A stretch of DNA of 64,000 nt from Daphnia carinata (lineage: Eukaryota). The DNA lies in NCBI RefSeq assembly GCF_022539665.2, contig NC_081331.1, forward strand, positions 806,001 through 870,000, read 5' to 3'. The notes below the pieces were generated by a model. The model searched no databases. It had not been told where the DNA came from and saw only the letters and a list, made by a program, of their open reading frames with translations. Position numbers and translations under genes: made by a program. How positions within the stretch are numbered: the stretch's first letter is position 1; each line of letters starts with the position of its first letter. Below, piece after piece: positions 28,861-42,753 of this stretch.

Positions 28861-29664
28861 TTATTTTCCAGTGCCAGTGCAAGTGTTGTAGCTTGTGGTG
28901 CTTCTGCATGCGGCAGTCAAAATGGCAGTGTAGGTGGAAGTCGTGGTGGTGATGCTGGTAGATGTTCCGAAGGTGACCAAGAAACGACCACCTCGAATTG
29001 CCTCTGGGGCGTTAAAACCTGGCTGAACGACGAATGGAACCATAGGTTGGGTGGAACGGGCTTGACGATCAACATCTGGCTCGACGGCTGGAGCGACAGG
29101 CACGGTTTCAGGATTGCTATGAATGAAAAAAGAAAGGATGGTTATAGTTTGACGTTTTAAAAAAAATAGAGCGCTAAATAATGCAATAGCAAATAGGCAT
29201 CATTTTATTATGAAAACTCACTCGGAGCGAGTGAAGATGCTCTCTGCTTCGATTTTTTCCTGTTCGTCGTTGTAGAAGAGTCCGCGGGCTTTCTGGCTGT
29301 TGTTCAAACCGACACCACGACGACGACGGCCAGAAGGAGAGCAGATCGAGATGGCTCTGGCTGAAGTGGTGCAGGTGGTAGATGTGGTAACGGTGCTAGT
29401 AGAAGTTGTCGTGGCCAACGTGATGGTGACAGTTCCCAAGAAAACACGTCCGTCCTGTTTCGGGTCCTGATTTTCAAAGGAAGGGTTAGGAAGGCCGGCA
29501 CGGAAGTAGTTGGATTGTTCGGGGGCGTAGCCATTGCCGTAATGAGGCATAGGAGGATATGCCGCAGGATGGCCGTAACCGTAGTAGGGGTACTGCGGAT
29601 CGGCTTCGGCGTTGGTGGCGACTGTGGCGGCCAAAACCAATAAACAGCTCAGTGCGATATTCAT
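28861..29664 (-). CDS. Secreted Thr-rich double Cys-loop precursor, array copy 1
   Basis: Signal peptide; Y/P/G-rich N-terminus; QDGR-VFL; CTTSARAISICSPSGRRRR; phase-2 intron 29117-29221; GGR-FLV...CRSTTSYNTCTGTGK*. Confidence 0.88.
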
Positions 29665-30969
29665 GACTTTGTCGATGGTGAAGTGTGAAAATACTGAAAG
29701 ATAAATTGATTGAAATGAGAGATGCCTGTACTAGCTTCGATGTTGGTGGTTCCAACAGCCACTGCCGTCTGCTTATATACTGATGAGGAACGATGGTTTT
29801 ATCCCTTGCAATCCTGCTCGAGGTATCGTTAGCTTCTGGCCTAATGTAAATTTAATTGGATATCAGTGGATTTCACCAAACTATCGACCGTATTTATAAC
29901 GCGCGATGCCTAAAGCTTCTACTATCCACTGCTCCGTTGTCAATGAACCCGTTCTTTTGCATGACTTCCTGCTCAACGTCCGTGAATTAAGACATCGACC
30001 TCCTTGCCGATTCGTTTACTATTTTAATAGCTCATTTTTTTAAAGAACTCGTTCAAGATTTGTTTACATCTCCGCCATATAGTCAATGAAACATATCCAC
30101 CTATTACATTCTAAACGTTTTCTCTAACAAATATTTGTTCTGTTACAGGAAAAGTTCTTCTATAGTCTGCGATATGAGCTGCATGTTCAAAAGCATGCAC
30201 TCTGTGATAAGGAACCGTATGAACATCCACATTTAAAGGCAGTTTCTAAAGACATTTCACATCTCTCATTTAAACCAAATATTTTTTATTTACTAAACTT
30301 CTGCTGTAAATAACAAAACAGGTTTGACCACTTAAGCCCACTTGACAGTAGGATAAATGAAAGCCTCAGCCGTATGGTTTGATGCCCAACAATCAACGTA
30401 CCACTACACTTTGGGTACCCAAAGTCGGAAGCTTGCCCAGCAGACTGTAAGTAGTACAGGAGTCATAGTTAGAAAAAAGATTCGACTATGACGGAATTCA
30501 AATCCTGCATCACAGCCGGAGCTTCCCTTTCATTTAGCGAATTTTCAGACGAATTTTCAGACCATTCTGCATTTCGTTTATAGAATTCGATAGTTAGCCA
30601 CTGTCGTTTTCGGACAGTGCGAAATATTGGAATTGGAATATTAATGCAATTTGTATTGTCTTCTTCTTTTTAAATAGAAATACAACCATTTAGAAGATTA
30701 CTCGGCCGCTTTCAGCTACAAGCAGTTTTTTCTGTAATTGCATTCATTTTAAGAAACAGTGAACTAAATCCTCAGTTTTTATGATAAAGAAATAAACCGT
30801 GGGAGACCTCCCAAGTTTTCAGTTTAATTAATCAAGTCGGTACGCAAGAAGTCACAATCAAGTTAAATATCGGGAAACGTAATTCCTCACGAAAAATAAA
30901 TCGGATTTCAAAGGCAATGATAACACTAGCATTAAGGGGGACAATTGTAGTGTTAAGACGTAGCTTAAA

Positions 30970-31753
30970 TTATTTGCCAGTGCCGGGGCAAGTGGCAAAG
31001 CCTGTGGTGCTTCTGCATGCAGCAGTCAAGACGGCCGTATAAGTGCTGGTCGTGGTGGTGATGGTGGTCGATGTTCCGAAGGTAACCATAAAACGACCAC
31101 CTCGAACACCTTCTGGGGCGTTGAAACCGGGCTGAACAACGAATGGCACCACGGCATCGGTGGAGCGGGCCTGACGTTCAGCAACATCAGCAACAGGGAC
31201 AGCTTCAGCTTCAGGGTCGCTGGAGAAAAGATCAAGTACAAATAGAATTATCTCATACCGAAATGACGTTTTAAATCGTGATTGGTACTCACTCTGAGCG
31301 GCTGAAGATGCTACCGGTTTCGGATTCGTCGTCGTCGTCGTTGTAGAAAAGTCCGCGGGCTTTCTGGCTGATGTTCAAACCGAGGCCACGACGACGACGG
31401 CCGGAAGGAGAGCAAATCGAGATGGCTCTGGCGGAAGTAGTGCAAGTGGTAGATGTGACGATGGTGCTGGTGGAGGTTGTCGTGGCCAAAGTGATGGTGA
31501 CAGTTCCAAGGAAAAGACGCGTGTCGGGTTGGTCATTTTTACCTTCAAACGATGGCTGAGGGTAGCCGGCGCGGAAGTAATTTTGCTGAGGTTGAGCATA
31601 AGGTCCAGGTTGGGGGTAACCGTAAGGTCCTGGATAAGGGGGAGCAAAGTTGGCTGGGTTACCATAACCGTATGGGTTGTGGTAACCGTATTGCGCTTCG
31701 ACGTTAGCGGCTACAGCTATGGCCAAAATGACAAAGCTGAGAGCAAGATGCAT
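30970..31753 (-). CDS. Secreted Thr-rich double Cys-loop precursor, copy 2
   Basis: MHLALSF signal peptide; PDTR-LFL; CTTSARAISICSPSGRRRR; exon 2 ends CRSTTGFATCPGTGK*. Confidence 0.88.
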
Positions 31754-32785
31754 GGTTTTTTTTTGTATTGGAACAATTAGTTGAAGCAAATGGGAGAGTA
31801 AGACTCAAAAGAAATCAAGAGATGGAAGTAACTCTTCGTCTGTTGCTGCTCTCTTTTATAGTTGAGCCAGTTCTGACTCTTCTTTTTGTAAAGAGGTTAC
31901 CCTTTAGCCAACCCGATACTACACCAATGAAATCAAACCAAAGTCAACGATCATCAATAGAAATTTTTGTAATTTCCAACTCAATTTTAAGTCTGATTCG
32001 AATTTCTAGACATTGATTGATTGTTCCGTAATTAGTGTAACCTTCACCGCCAGGGCTTGTTGGCAGCCAATAGAATTATTGCAGTCTCCGTAGATCTGTG
32101 TACAGTCATATTATGCTAGTTTATTAAAATAATTATACAGTCGGTAGGCAATACACGATGAATTTGAAAAATCGTCAATGAGCATATGATGCTATGTCTC
32201 TGAATTAGAACTTGCGGCTAGCCGTTGAGTGCCACAGGCGCTGTAACCCCTGTGGACATTTATTGATGACGTATCATTACAAATACGTTGCATGGTGAAA
32301 TTGCAGGAATATTGCCATAAAAGTAGTAGAGTTTTCGTTCTAAAAATCTTCCTTACTACCGCATGCTATTCATGTATTGCCTTACTGGACGTGTTATGCC
32401 AGATTGGTCAATAACCTTATTTCCCTGAAGAAATTCTTGTTCGAACAGATGCTAGCTTTGTGTTAGAGTCCTTTGACATGTAGAAGTTTCTGCTTCACTC
32501 CAAATATTGCGATATAGGTTTAACACGCGCATCCAATTCAAAAATCATTAATGTTCATTTAATCTATTGCTTGTATTTTAAATATGCTGGGAATACAGAA
32601 ATAAATGCAGCATAAGTTTGTCTTTTCTGTGTTGACCCAGTTGATGATGAGTGCATAAAGAACAGGGCTTCATATCTTACGTGTAATTTTCAATGTTCGG
32701 CAGCAGATAGCGGGCGGAGGAAACCTCAAAAAGACGGGAAGGAGGACGGATCTCGGTAGTTGACAGGTGTAAATTGACATTTGAA

Positions 32786-33582
32786 TTAGCCAGAGGCACA
32801 TGTTGGGAAGCCGCTAGTGCTTGCGCAAACAGCAATTATGACGGAAGTATACGTTGCAGTCGCAGTAACCGTTGAAGTGGACACCCCGAATGAAATCAAC
32901 TGACGTCCGTTGTTATTTCCGGACATGGATGGAAGGAGGTATGCGGAAGCATCTCCACCTACACTTTCCCGTTTAATGTCACCATCCTCATTGAAAGTAG
33001 CCGTGATAGTAGGTTGCTCCGAAACACTTAACAGCAATGAAAACAACATTTTTAAAAAATGCTAATGGTCGTGTACGAACACGACTGAATTTAATATAAC
33101 ACTTACGTTGGTAACGCGGCAATGTCTTGCACGTTCTCTGATACATCATCTTCATCGTGGTAGAGTCCACGACGGCCCACTCCACGACGACGACGTCCTG
33201 CCGGAGAGCAAGTAACTAATGCTGCGGTTGAGGTAGTACAGAATTTGGTAATCGTATTGGTTTTCGTTGTCGTCGATGTTGAATAGGTTAGTGTTATCAA
33301 CGCGCTTCCTCCGTTGCTCATCGTGAATAAATTGAGGAAGAGACGGGGATTCGGGTTGCGGTGGACGAATGGTTGATCTTCCTCTTGGAGAGGTAAGCCA
33401 CTGCGGAAGTATCCCAGCGGCTGGTACGACGATTCGATCTGCTGCTTATTGTTGTGATACACTGGCGAAGGATATAGATAGTGTCTCTGGTAACCGGATG
33501 GGAAAAAGTAACGTTGTGGATCTCCCGCGACGGCAGCCAGGAAATAGCAGAGAAAGACGAGTGTGATGATTAAACGGAGCAT
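32786..33582 (-). CDS. Secreted Thr-rich double Cys-loop precursor, copy 3 (divergent)
   Basis: Signal peptide; NPR-LFL; CTTSTAALVTCSPAGRRRR; exon 2 ends CASTSGFPTCASG*. Confidence 0.85.
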
Positions 33583-35574
33583 TTTCTTTTTCGGGTAGAT
33601 TGCAGTTTACCTGAACAAATGGCAGAGATTCAGTCGGGGTTTTACCTCTTTATATGCTGAGGTCTTACGTCTTTATAGAGAACTCATGCGTTTTGATGGA
33701 CGTGGATCGAGTCGAATTCAATTTCGGCTGGGTTGACAGCAAAGAGTGACATTGGAGGCGTTTCTTGAGAACCATAATTTGCTACTGCCAAAGTATTTGC
33801 AGGGTCTAGACCCATTCCTTGCTGACGGATTGAATGTGACCCTTTTTCGTTTCTTTCGGTTGTCATTCAGACCGAGGGGAGTGTTCAATTTCGTCACGCG
33901 ATTTATCATATTATCCAAAAACTAAATACGAAATGTGGTGTAATGGGATTGTAGCTGATGCAAAATAAGCTGTTCCTCTTTTATATTCTTCATTTGATGG
34001 GAAACAGAATTGTTTTTGCTTTGTGTCCAGTTAATTGGATTTCTCACGGTCCCAAAATTCATAACCGGAGAACGCGCTGGTGAAGAGCTCAAGACTAACA
34101 TTTTTCTTCTCAATAGCTTGACTAGTGACGTAGACTGTCGACTTCATGATGAAGCCATGTTATTAACGATTCCCGGAGTGACAGTTAAAATAGCCGCTGC
34201 ATATTGGGAAGTGACAAGGACCTGGGGGCAAATTTTTACTTCAATTTCAACGTTTTCTGAAGATAAACGATTATTATTTGGATCAAACAACATCCACGAA
34301 ATTCCTATAGCGTTACGGACTAGTATTCGCTAAGTTTTTGATGATCGCAGTTTCCATGACAACAAGGCGGACGGATATTCTTCCTAGAAAATGACATTTC
34401 TTTGGTTTAAGCTAGAGACCATTCCAGCGGTCAAGGAAGATGATTCTTTTTTTACTTTAGCTTGTGGTTATATTAGCCAAATCAAATCATTGAGGCCATT
34501 CCACGCAATTCGAAATTGATACTCCGAATTCGTGTTTATTTGCCTGTGGCTTGCTTCATGATGATACAAGCACGATATCTTAAAGATTCCAGCAAGTTTA
34601 TTCACTGCAAGCCAAAAATTCGATAACAATTTTTTTAGATCATCACCGCGCCCAAAATTTTCAACATATAATTTCAATCGACAAAATCTCCATTTCACAA
34701 GATTCGCTCACGGGACGAAGAATGCACGACAGAATCAGGAATACCTCAAAGAAGAACCACAACCTATACTTGCAGTTCGATGTTGGGCAACGGTAGCTGA
34801 TATTACCTTTCAACTCAGAAGGTGAAAATCATTAAAATCTCATTGGAGCTGGCCCATAGCGACTTGATGTTGCTTGTTCGACAAACACAGATGCAGTGAT
34901 TGATAACTTGCACTAGACTCTTGCGAACCGTCTCTTCTCGTATTTCGAGATTATTCAGGAAATTATTACTGCCATTGACCATTCCACTTCCCGATCTGTC
35001 AGGTTTTATCTCTCGTTTCCATTGCCGTTGTTTTAGACAGACAAATTATATTTTTTTTTAAATTTCATATATAAAACTGGGGTACGACGAACCCAAAGAA
35101 AATTCTGTATATTGAGACCAAAGTAGATTGGAATCCTAACGTACGAAGGATGCTGAATTTCTGTTTTTTCAGTATAATATAACAACCCTATCGGGAAATG
35201 CAGCAAATTCCGTCAAACTAAAGTGAAAAATATACATAGCTATTTTCTATAAAGCATTTTTTTAAAATTATGCTGTCTATTAGAAATTATCAAGTGGTTA
35301 CTTACAGCGCAATAAAGACAGATATTGGTAATTTAACAAAAGGAATTTGTATCCTTACCGGCCAAAACCGGTGAAGTTATAAGAGACTAGAGGCAATGGT
35401 ATACGCATATCTTTATTTTGCGTGTTGGTGACAATGGACTGTGTCGTTTTTGAAATAGGTAACCAGGAAGGTTTATTTGATTCCATATCTTAGAAATTAC
35501 AACAGTGTTCAAAAAGTAGCAAAAACAATTAATAATTTCAAAAAATATTTACATCAACGGCATATTTTTATATG

Positions 35575-35627
35575 TTTGAAATGGCAACATGGCACGTTTG
35601 AATTTAAAACTCCTGGTTGTTTTTGAA
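35575..35627 (+). promoter_or_regulatory. Cluster of three TTTGAA (CHR-like) motifs upstream of cyclin B
   Basis: TTTGAA at about 35575, 35598 and 35622, upstream of a probable non-coding first exon (donor GTAAGA at about 35755). CHR is a known G2/M-gene element, but the motif is short and AT-rich. Confidence 0.35.
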
Positions 35628-35982
35628 TGCCGCCATTGTGTCACCTTAGTTCTCAACCCCCAACAAATTCCTTTATAGTCCTCCTATCCCTGTGAAGTCT
35701 ACTTGCTCAGAAGTTCAACTTGATTGAATCATTCGCATTTTCGTACGCTATAAGGTAAGAGCTCACTGTCTTTTATTAACTGTACTTTCTTTTAATTAAT
35801 TTATATTCTGTTGTACATGAATGTTTGTCTGTGGTCTTGCAAAAACGATTAGCTGTATTATCACATCATTTGATATCGTCGCGTGGCCTACCCCTTGTGA
35901 GACTGCGACTTGCCTGATGATTTTTAATAATCGACGTGGATATACAAGTTTATTACTCAAGCAATTGAACTAGTGTAACAAT

Positions 35983-37673
35983 ATGCCTCTGACCAGACTA
36001 GAAGCACTTTCCTCTGCTATATCGGTACTCCTTAATAATATTTGAGTTTGACAGTGAACTAGATGAAAATACATTTCCATTTGGGTCTAGGTTCATGATG
36101 ATGGTGAAAATGCTACAATGCTAAGAGGCAAAAGTAGTCTGTCAACAAGTGGTAAATTTACGGGAGCAGTAATTAAGCAGAGGGCTGTTTTGGGGGACAT
36201 TTGTAGCAACAAATCAACGCTGACAAATGTAGCCTCTGAGACTGATTTTAAGAAACCACAACTTTTACCTTCTAAGATCTTTAAGAAACAAGTTCAAGAT
36301 TCAGAGAAGTAAGTCTATCTGTAACAATGGCCTTGATTGAAGTCCTCACCATCAACTTTGCCATAGTGTACCTCAGCCACTGCCAAGTGACAAGGATGTT
36401 GTCCAACCTGCTGCAGATACAGAAAGACGGCAATCATTTTCCTCTCAAAATTTGGAGATTGAGAAATTGACACAGAATCTAATCCACAGCTGGTTGCTGT
36501 CTATGTCAAGGACATCTATAAATACTTGCATGAGTTAGAGGTGCACTCTATTTTCCCACTGTCAATTCTTTGTTTTCATGTCTTATTTCATACACAGGAA
36601 AAAGCTGTCATTAAACCCAATTACATGGAAGGCTACAAGATCAGGCCAACCATGCGCACGATCTTAATTGACTGGATGGTGGAAGTCCATGGGCGTTTCA
36701 AACTACTCCAGGAAACACTGTATTTGACAGTGGCTACTATGGATCGTTTTCTTCAGGTATATAGCTCTATTTTTACTTTTGTCACATTTAACTCAAGTAA
36801 ATTAAATAATCAAGGTTGAGCCTACTATTGTTCGGCATGATCTGCAACTTGTGGGCCTTACGTGTATGTTCATCGCTTCTAAATTCGAAGAGATGTACAC
36901 TCCTGAGATTCATGACTTCGTTTTCATGTCGGATAAGGCTTATACAAAGAAGGAAATTCTGCGCATGGAATTACGTATCCTTAAGGCATTGGACTTTAGT
37001 TTAGGCCGTCCGCTTCCCCTTCATTTCTTACGTCGGTACACAAAAGCTGCCACGCATGTTTATGACTGGGTAAGCCTGAAGCCATGCTCTGCACATTACT
37101 TGCGTATTTAAAGTTTTTGGTTGGAAATTTCATAGGTTGACGTTCTGCACCACACCCTGTCAAAGTATCTGATGGAACTGTCGTTGCCAGAATACGAGTT
37201 CTGTCACTTTTTACCATCGCAACTGGCTGCGGCATCGCTATGCTTGTCTCTTAAGTAAGCTGTTACAAGTGTTGTATTTTAAATGATGTTAAAATTTTGC
37301 GTTTGGGAATATTTAGGATTCTTGATGAACGTGAAACACCTATTGAAGTTTTATGGAACGACACGTTGGTTTTTTATTCTGGGTACACTTACGGAGATCT
37401 GGAGCCGATAGTGGAGAAACTTTGCTCATTGATTATTAAATCGGAAACGAGCAAGTATCAGGTAAGCATTATCGGCGTTAGTCAACAGCCTCAGTATGTT
37501 CTGTACAAACTTCAATTTGTTAGGCTATTCGAAAGAAGTATCTTGTCTCCAAGTTTTACCAGATCAGCGCCCTTCCGAATTTCAAATCCCCAGTTACTCA
37601 TGCATTCTTGGCAAAAATGGCGCTGAAGAACTCAAATTTTATCCATGTTTCTTACCCTAATGATGGTTGCTAA
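35983..37673 (+). CDS. CycB: G2/mitotic cyclin B, with an apparent 1-nt frameshift at about 36461-36465 (possible pseudogene or assembly error)
   Basis: D-box [10 protein letters not shown]; cyclin box [72 protein letters not shown]; stop TAA at 37671-37673. Confidence 0.9.
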
Positions 37674-38489
37674 CTGAAATGGCACATTTTTCATTTTTAG
37701 GTCTTTGACCGTGACTTGTGTTTTCTTATTTCAAAATTTTCTCGAACGTTCATGTGTTTTTAATTCTTTTGCATTTCCGAAATTCTTCTCGCCTCCACAT
37801 AGTTTGCCGAACATCATCATGTGGTATCGGGGTATCATGTACACGTAATACATAGTATCAAAAAATATATATTTTATGCAACAAAACCACATTTTTCCAT
37901 GACTACAGCTACTGGTTTTCAATGTTCTACTTAGCTTTCTTATTTTTCAAAGTGTTTTTTTTCTTTACGGAGCTATTATGTTGTGCCGTTGGTTGCGTCC
38001 TTGATATTGGTGGAAATAACTACCAGCAATTCTTCCCCGTAGACGAATTATATCACGTTTTATACACTACATCACAGCAGATGCCCTTATAAAATGATCA
38101 GAAGGCTGTGGTGGAACAGCATTTGATAGTTATACGATACAATAACCCAGAATGAATGTTAGTGGCCGTACAAAGCTATTTTATCTACACCTGTGATCAA
38201 GGCGTAATGAACGAACAAAGATTATGTAAAATATTGAACATGCTTCCACGTCTTGCAAGTGTATTGGCGTTTCTAACGAAAGAATCGTTTTGCAGCTTTT
38301 GCTTGAAAAAGAAAAATCAAGAACACATGTTTGCGCAGTAAGATAAAGGTAAATATTAAACAATACATGATGGTAATAAATTTAAAGGCATACTATAGTC
38401 GCAATTAATTTTCAAAGGGCAACACACAGTATAGTTATCAGCCAGTTGATTCAGTTTCGCAAACGTCGAGCAAGAATTCAGGAAACGAT

Positions 38490-39161
38490 TTATTTGCCAG
38501 TGGATCCGCACACTGGATATCCGGTGGTGCTGCGGCAAATGGCAGTCAACGACGTTGTCGTTGTTGTCGTTGTTGTGGTCGTGACTGTCGATGTGCCGAA
38601 ATAGAGCAACACACGTCCTTGGCCAGCAGGAGCATTAAATCCGGGCTGAACGACGAACGGGATTGGTACTGGGGCTTCGCGTGTTTCGCGGATGGATTCA
38701 GGTACTGATTTCACAGGTTGAACTTCTTCCCTAATGATGTGAAGATGAAACAGCCTTTAGCATTAAAACAAAATGATTTGCACAAACAGTGAAATACTCT
38801 TTTACTTGATGGGTGATGGAAGGAAAATGGTTCCGTCTTCGCTTTCAGTTTCATTTTCGTTGTAGAAGAGTCCACGGCCTTCCTTGTTTCCGCTGAGATG
38901 GAGACCACGACGCCGTCTTCCGGAGGCTGTGCAAACAGAAAGTCCACCTGTGGACGTGGTGCACGTTGCTGTTGTCGTCGAAGTTGTTGTGGTCGTCGTG
39001 GTCGTTAAGGTCAAAGAGACTGTTTTAATAAATCGTTCATCAGCTTGTTCGACCTCAAAGGAAGGCGACGGGTTGTCGCTTCGGACGTCTTTGGGATTTA
39101 GATTGTACTGAGCAGAAGCACAGCCAACTGCAACGACAAGAATTAATAAGCTTTTCATCAT
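38490..39161 (-). CDS. Secreted Thr-rich double Cys-loop precursor, copy 4
   Basis: Signal peptide; ADER-FIK; CTTSTGGLSVCTASGRRRRGLHLSGNKEGRGLFY; ends CRSTTGYPVCGSTGK*. Confidence 0.9.
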
Positions 39162-40152
39162 TTTGAATTATTGTCGATCGAGCCAAGATTATCTACTGAA
39201 CGTTTGTCGTCCTTTATATACTGTATCCAACTGTGAAACGCCTAATATGGCTTTAGATTAAGTCGGTGTAAACTGAATTGCTTGAGGGGTCATCTATTTT
39301 CATTGGATCGTTTCAAAATGTTGCAAGAAAATGCTGATTATCTTTGAAATCCCCCAGGTTACCATGTAACCTTGTATCATTCAAATAATCAATCATATAT
39401 AGTTTTGAAGCCTTTTCATCCTTCCGGCATTGTTTCTCGCTTCACATTTTGCGTAGATATCCTTTGGTTGAAAATAAAGTCAATTTGCCAATGCAAGATG
39501 CTTGAATGTTTTAAATGTTTACGGTTTTGTTGTGACGTGAATCTTATGCATACAGTCCTCGTTCTCTAGTGGCAAGCCCTTTGATTTCGTTTTAATCAAC
39601 AGCCGCTTAATTGAGGAGCAAACTTCGAAATCATGGTTTAATTTTGGCTTTAGTAGGTTAAGTTTCCTCAAATTTCAAGTCAAGATTTAGTTTTTACGTG
39701 AGACTTTTAGGTTTAGAGATATAATGATTACCGATAAAAATAGTAAATCAAAATAGGAATTGTTAATAAATAAGTACGTAAAATTGCATTCCGTATTTCA
39801 AAGAGTTGGTCGAAATGAAACAACTGCGTTACTTCTCAGAAGTATAAGATAATGAAGTAATGTATAATAAAAGACACCACTCAACTGAAATATCACACAA
39901 TCTCCTAGATGCATTAAAGTGTATTCAGTGTGCCATGGCATAGCGAGATTTCATCACCAGCAAAAGGTGTGGCATAAAATAACATATTATTTATAGAACT
40001 CTTTGATGGATGTAAATACTTAGTCGATTAATAATGTTTTGGGAACTCGTTTGCTTTCGACGAGAGGCTGGATCGGGAATAAAGTTTTTACCAGATAATG
40101 CGGAGCATAATGTCAAGTAATCAGGGAAAATTTAAAGGTATTTGCGTAAAAA

Positions 40153-40857
40153 TTATTTGCCCTGGGATCCGCACACCTGGAATCCCGTAGTGCTGATGCA
40201 AATAGCAGTCAACGTGCTAGTGCTAGTAGTTGTAGTGGTAGTCGTGATCGTTGACGTGCCAAAAGCTAAATATACACGGCCCTGGCCAGCAGGAGCGTCA
40301 AATCCAGGTTGGACAACGAATGGAACGGTCTGAACAGAGCTTTCTTTGGCTTCACGAATAGCCTCAGATTGAACAGGTTTATCATCAACTCTAAAATTAG
40401 AACAATAAAAAATTTGTTAACAACATATCAACTTATAGAAATAGCCAGTTGAAATAAAAGTATTTTACTTGTTAACAGATGGTAGGAAAACGTTGCCATC
40501 TTCGTTATCTTCTTCGTTTTCGTTGTAGAACAGCCCGCGTCCTTCCTTGTTTCCGCTGAGATGGAGACCACGACGACGTCGTCCGGAAGCAGTGCAAACG
40601 GAAAGACCACCCGTTGATGTCGTACATGTCGATACCGCAGTTGAAGTTGAGGTAATAGTCAATGTCTGAAGAGTCACCGACACAGTTTTGAAAATGAAAC
40701 GGCCTTCATTTTTTTCTTCCTTGACGTCATATGAAGGTTCCGGACCCCCAGCGCGGAAGCTTTTCTCTAGGCCGTCGTTTTTGGAATCCTTTCCGGCTTC
40801 AGCGTACACACAAGATGCTACGGCCAATATCAATATGCTGGAAAACAAGAGTTGCAT
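40153..40857 (-). CDS. Secreted Thr-rich double Cys-loop precursor, copy 5
   Basis: MQLLFSS signal peptide; NEGR-FIFK; same core as copy 4; exon 2 (not in the ORF track) ends CISTTGFQVCGSQGK*. Confidence 0.88.
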
Positions 40858-42061
40858 TTTCTGGGGCTTTTTGGATGCGGAGACTGATGGCAAGGCAAGT
40901 CGATGGCGTAATGCGTGAACATCTGGATGAAGTTTTCTATGTCGTTGGCTTTTATACTATTTTGAACGCTGTTCAGCCTGATCGTGGGTCAGAGCTTACT
41001 GATAGGTGATCTTATAGCTCCGAAATACAATTCTATACGCTGCGGGGTTAATGATGTTTTGATGAGATAACGGATAATTCTTTACCTCTATCGTACATAC
41101 ACATGCATTGAAAGGAATTAAAAATAGGGTGATACATAATTCCCGTTACATTCGATAAATTCTATTTCTGCGCATCAGTCAAGAGTTTCGTGTTCGCCTT
41201 TAAGTAACGTAACGTATTGCGCCGTTATCTCATAGTAATAGACTATTCCAAGTATAAAGGAATACCTTGAACGATTCCATCGCATTTATTCGTCTTGAAT
41301 CAGCATAGTGTAGTCGACTTAGTGCTGCAGATTACGTTTCTTAAACGATGGATCTAGACTCATCAAGGATCTAGAAGAGCAGCGGGAGTGCAAGCAGGAC
41401 CCGGAGAACTCGATGTGGCTCTTTTGAAAACGTGTTTGACATAGATGTAAAACGGCACAGTAGTTAACCAAACTATTACAGGCCTTTAACAAAAGAAGGC
41501 AGTTTTTTTTTAACGTGATTCTTTTCGATATCGGAGGCTACAGAGAAATGCTAGATAATTCGTGTTTCGCTACAAATCTCCAGCGCAAACTCCAGTGGAC
41601 GTGCTAATCGCTGACAATTAAATCGATAGATAAAAAAAAACGGTAGCCATAAAATCGTTATCTCGAAATCATTATTTACCACCTAACCAGAATATTTTGA
41701 TTGTATGAAGCTAAAGCCCAACCGTCTTTGTATTGCTTTGCTTGCGGGTAAGAAATGTAAAGTTTCTTGCAATGAAAGGGTTTCAAAACATTATGATTGA
41801 TGGCGTGAGTATAATTCGTTAACATTACAAGTGGAGGACTTTGACACGTATCGCTAATATACATTCCTTTGTTTGCCACTGAAAATTCAAATATAACGTA
41901 TGATCCCCTGGAGCAGCTGAATTCATACACGTCCCGATATTAGCAAGATGCAACATCCTCCAAAAATAAATCGGGTATATAAAGGAAGATGATAATTTTA
42001 TCCGGCACTTCGACACAAGCTTGAGCTCATTGACGAAGAGAAAACAAACTGATAAAAAAAA

Positions 42062-42753
42062 ATGCAGCTCGTTTTCGCTAGCGTATTCCTCGTTTCCTTC
42101 ATTATTTATGCATCGGCTCAATACCAGCTAGATCCTAGCGAATACTACGTTGACACTCATTTCAGGAGCGGAAGCCCATCTTCATCTTTCGATGTCGCAG
42201 AGGCCGACGAACGTTTTATCAAGACGATATCATTGACTCTATCGACGACTACCATCACCACAACAACGACTTCGATGGCAACTTGTACCACATCCACTGG
42301 TGGCCTTTCCGTTTGCACAGCCTCCGGACGACGCCGTCGTGGTCTCCATCTCAGCCGAAACAAGGAAGGCCGTGGACTGTTCTACGCTGAGAATGAAGGC
42401 GAAAGCGAAGATGGAACCATCTTCTTGCCGTCGCCTATCAAGTATGAAGCTTTATCTTTCAATTGATATTTGATGTAAAAGAATTTATCCTAATAATTTT
42501 CTGTTACGGCAGGGAAGAGGTAAAGCAAATTCAACCGGAGATCGTCCCAACTCCTGAAGAAAACAAAGCGGCCAAGGCGATTCCGTTCGTCGTCGAGCCT
42601 GGATTCAGTGCTCCTTCTAGACAAAGTCGTGTTTTGGTGTATTTTGGCACGTCAACTACCACGACAACCACTACAACCACCAGCACATCGACGTTGACGG
42701 CCGTCTGCCGCAGCACCACCGGATATCCAGTGTGTGGATCCACCGGCAAATAG
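42062..42753 (+). CDS. Secreted Thr-rich double Cys-loop precursor, copy 6 (the only inverted copy)
   Basis: Signal peptide; ADER-FIK; phase-2 intron 42442-42512; ends CRSTTGYPVCGSTGK*. Confidence 0.9.

Noticed and set aside
30460..30515. Hairpin GTCATAGT...ACTATGAC followed by a T-loop-like TTCAAATCC
   Set aside because: No cloverleaf or acceptor stem could be built, so it is not called a tRNA or SINE.
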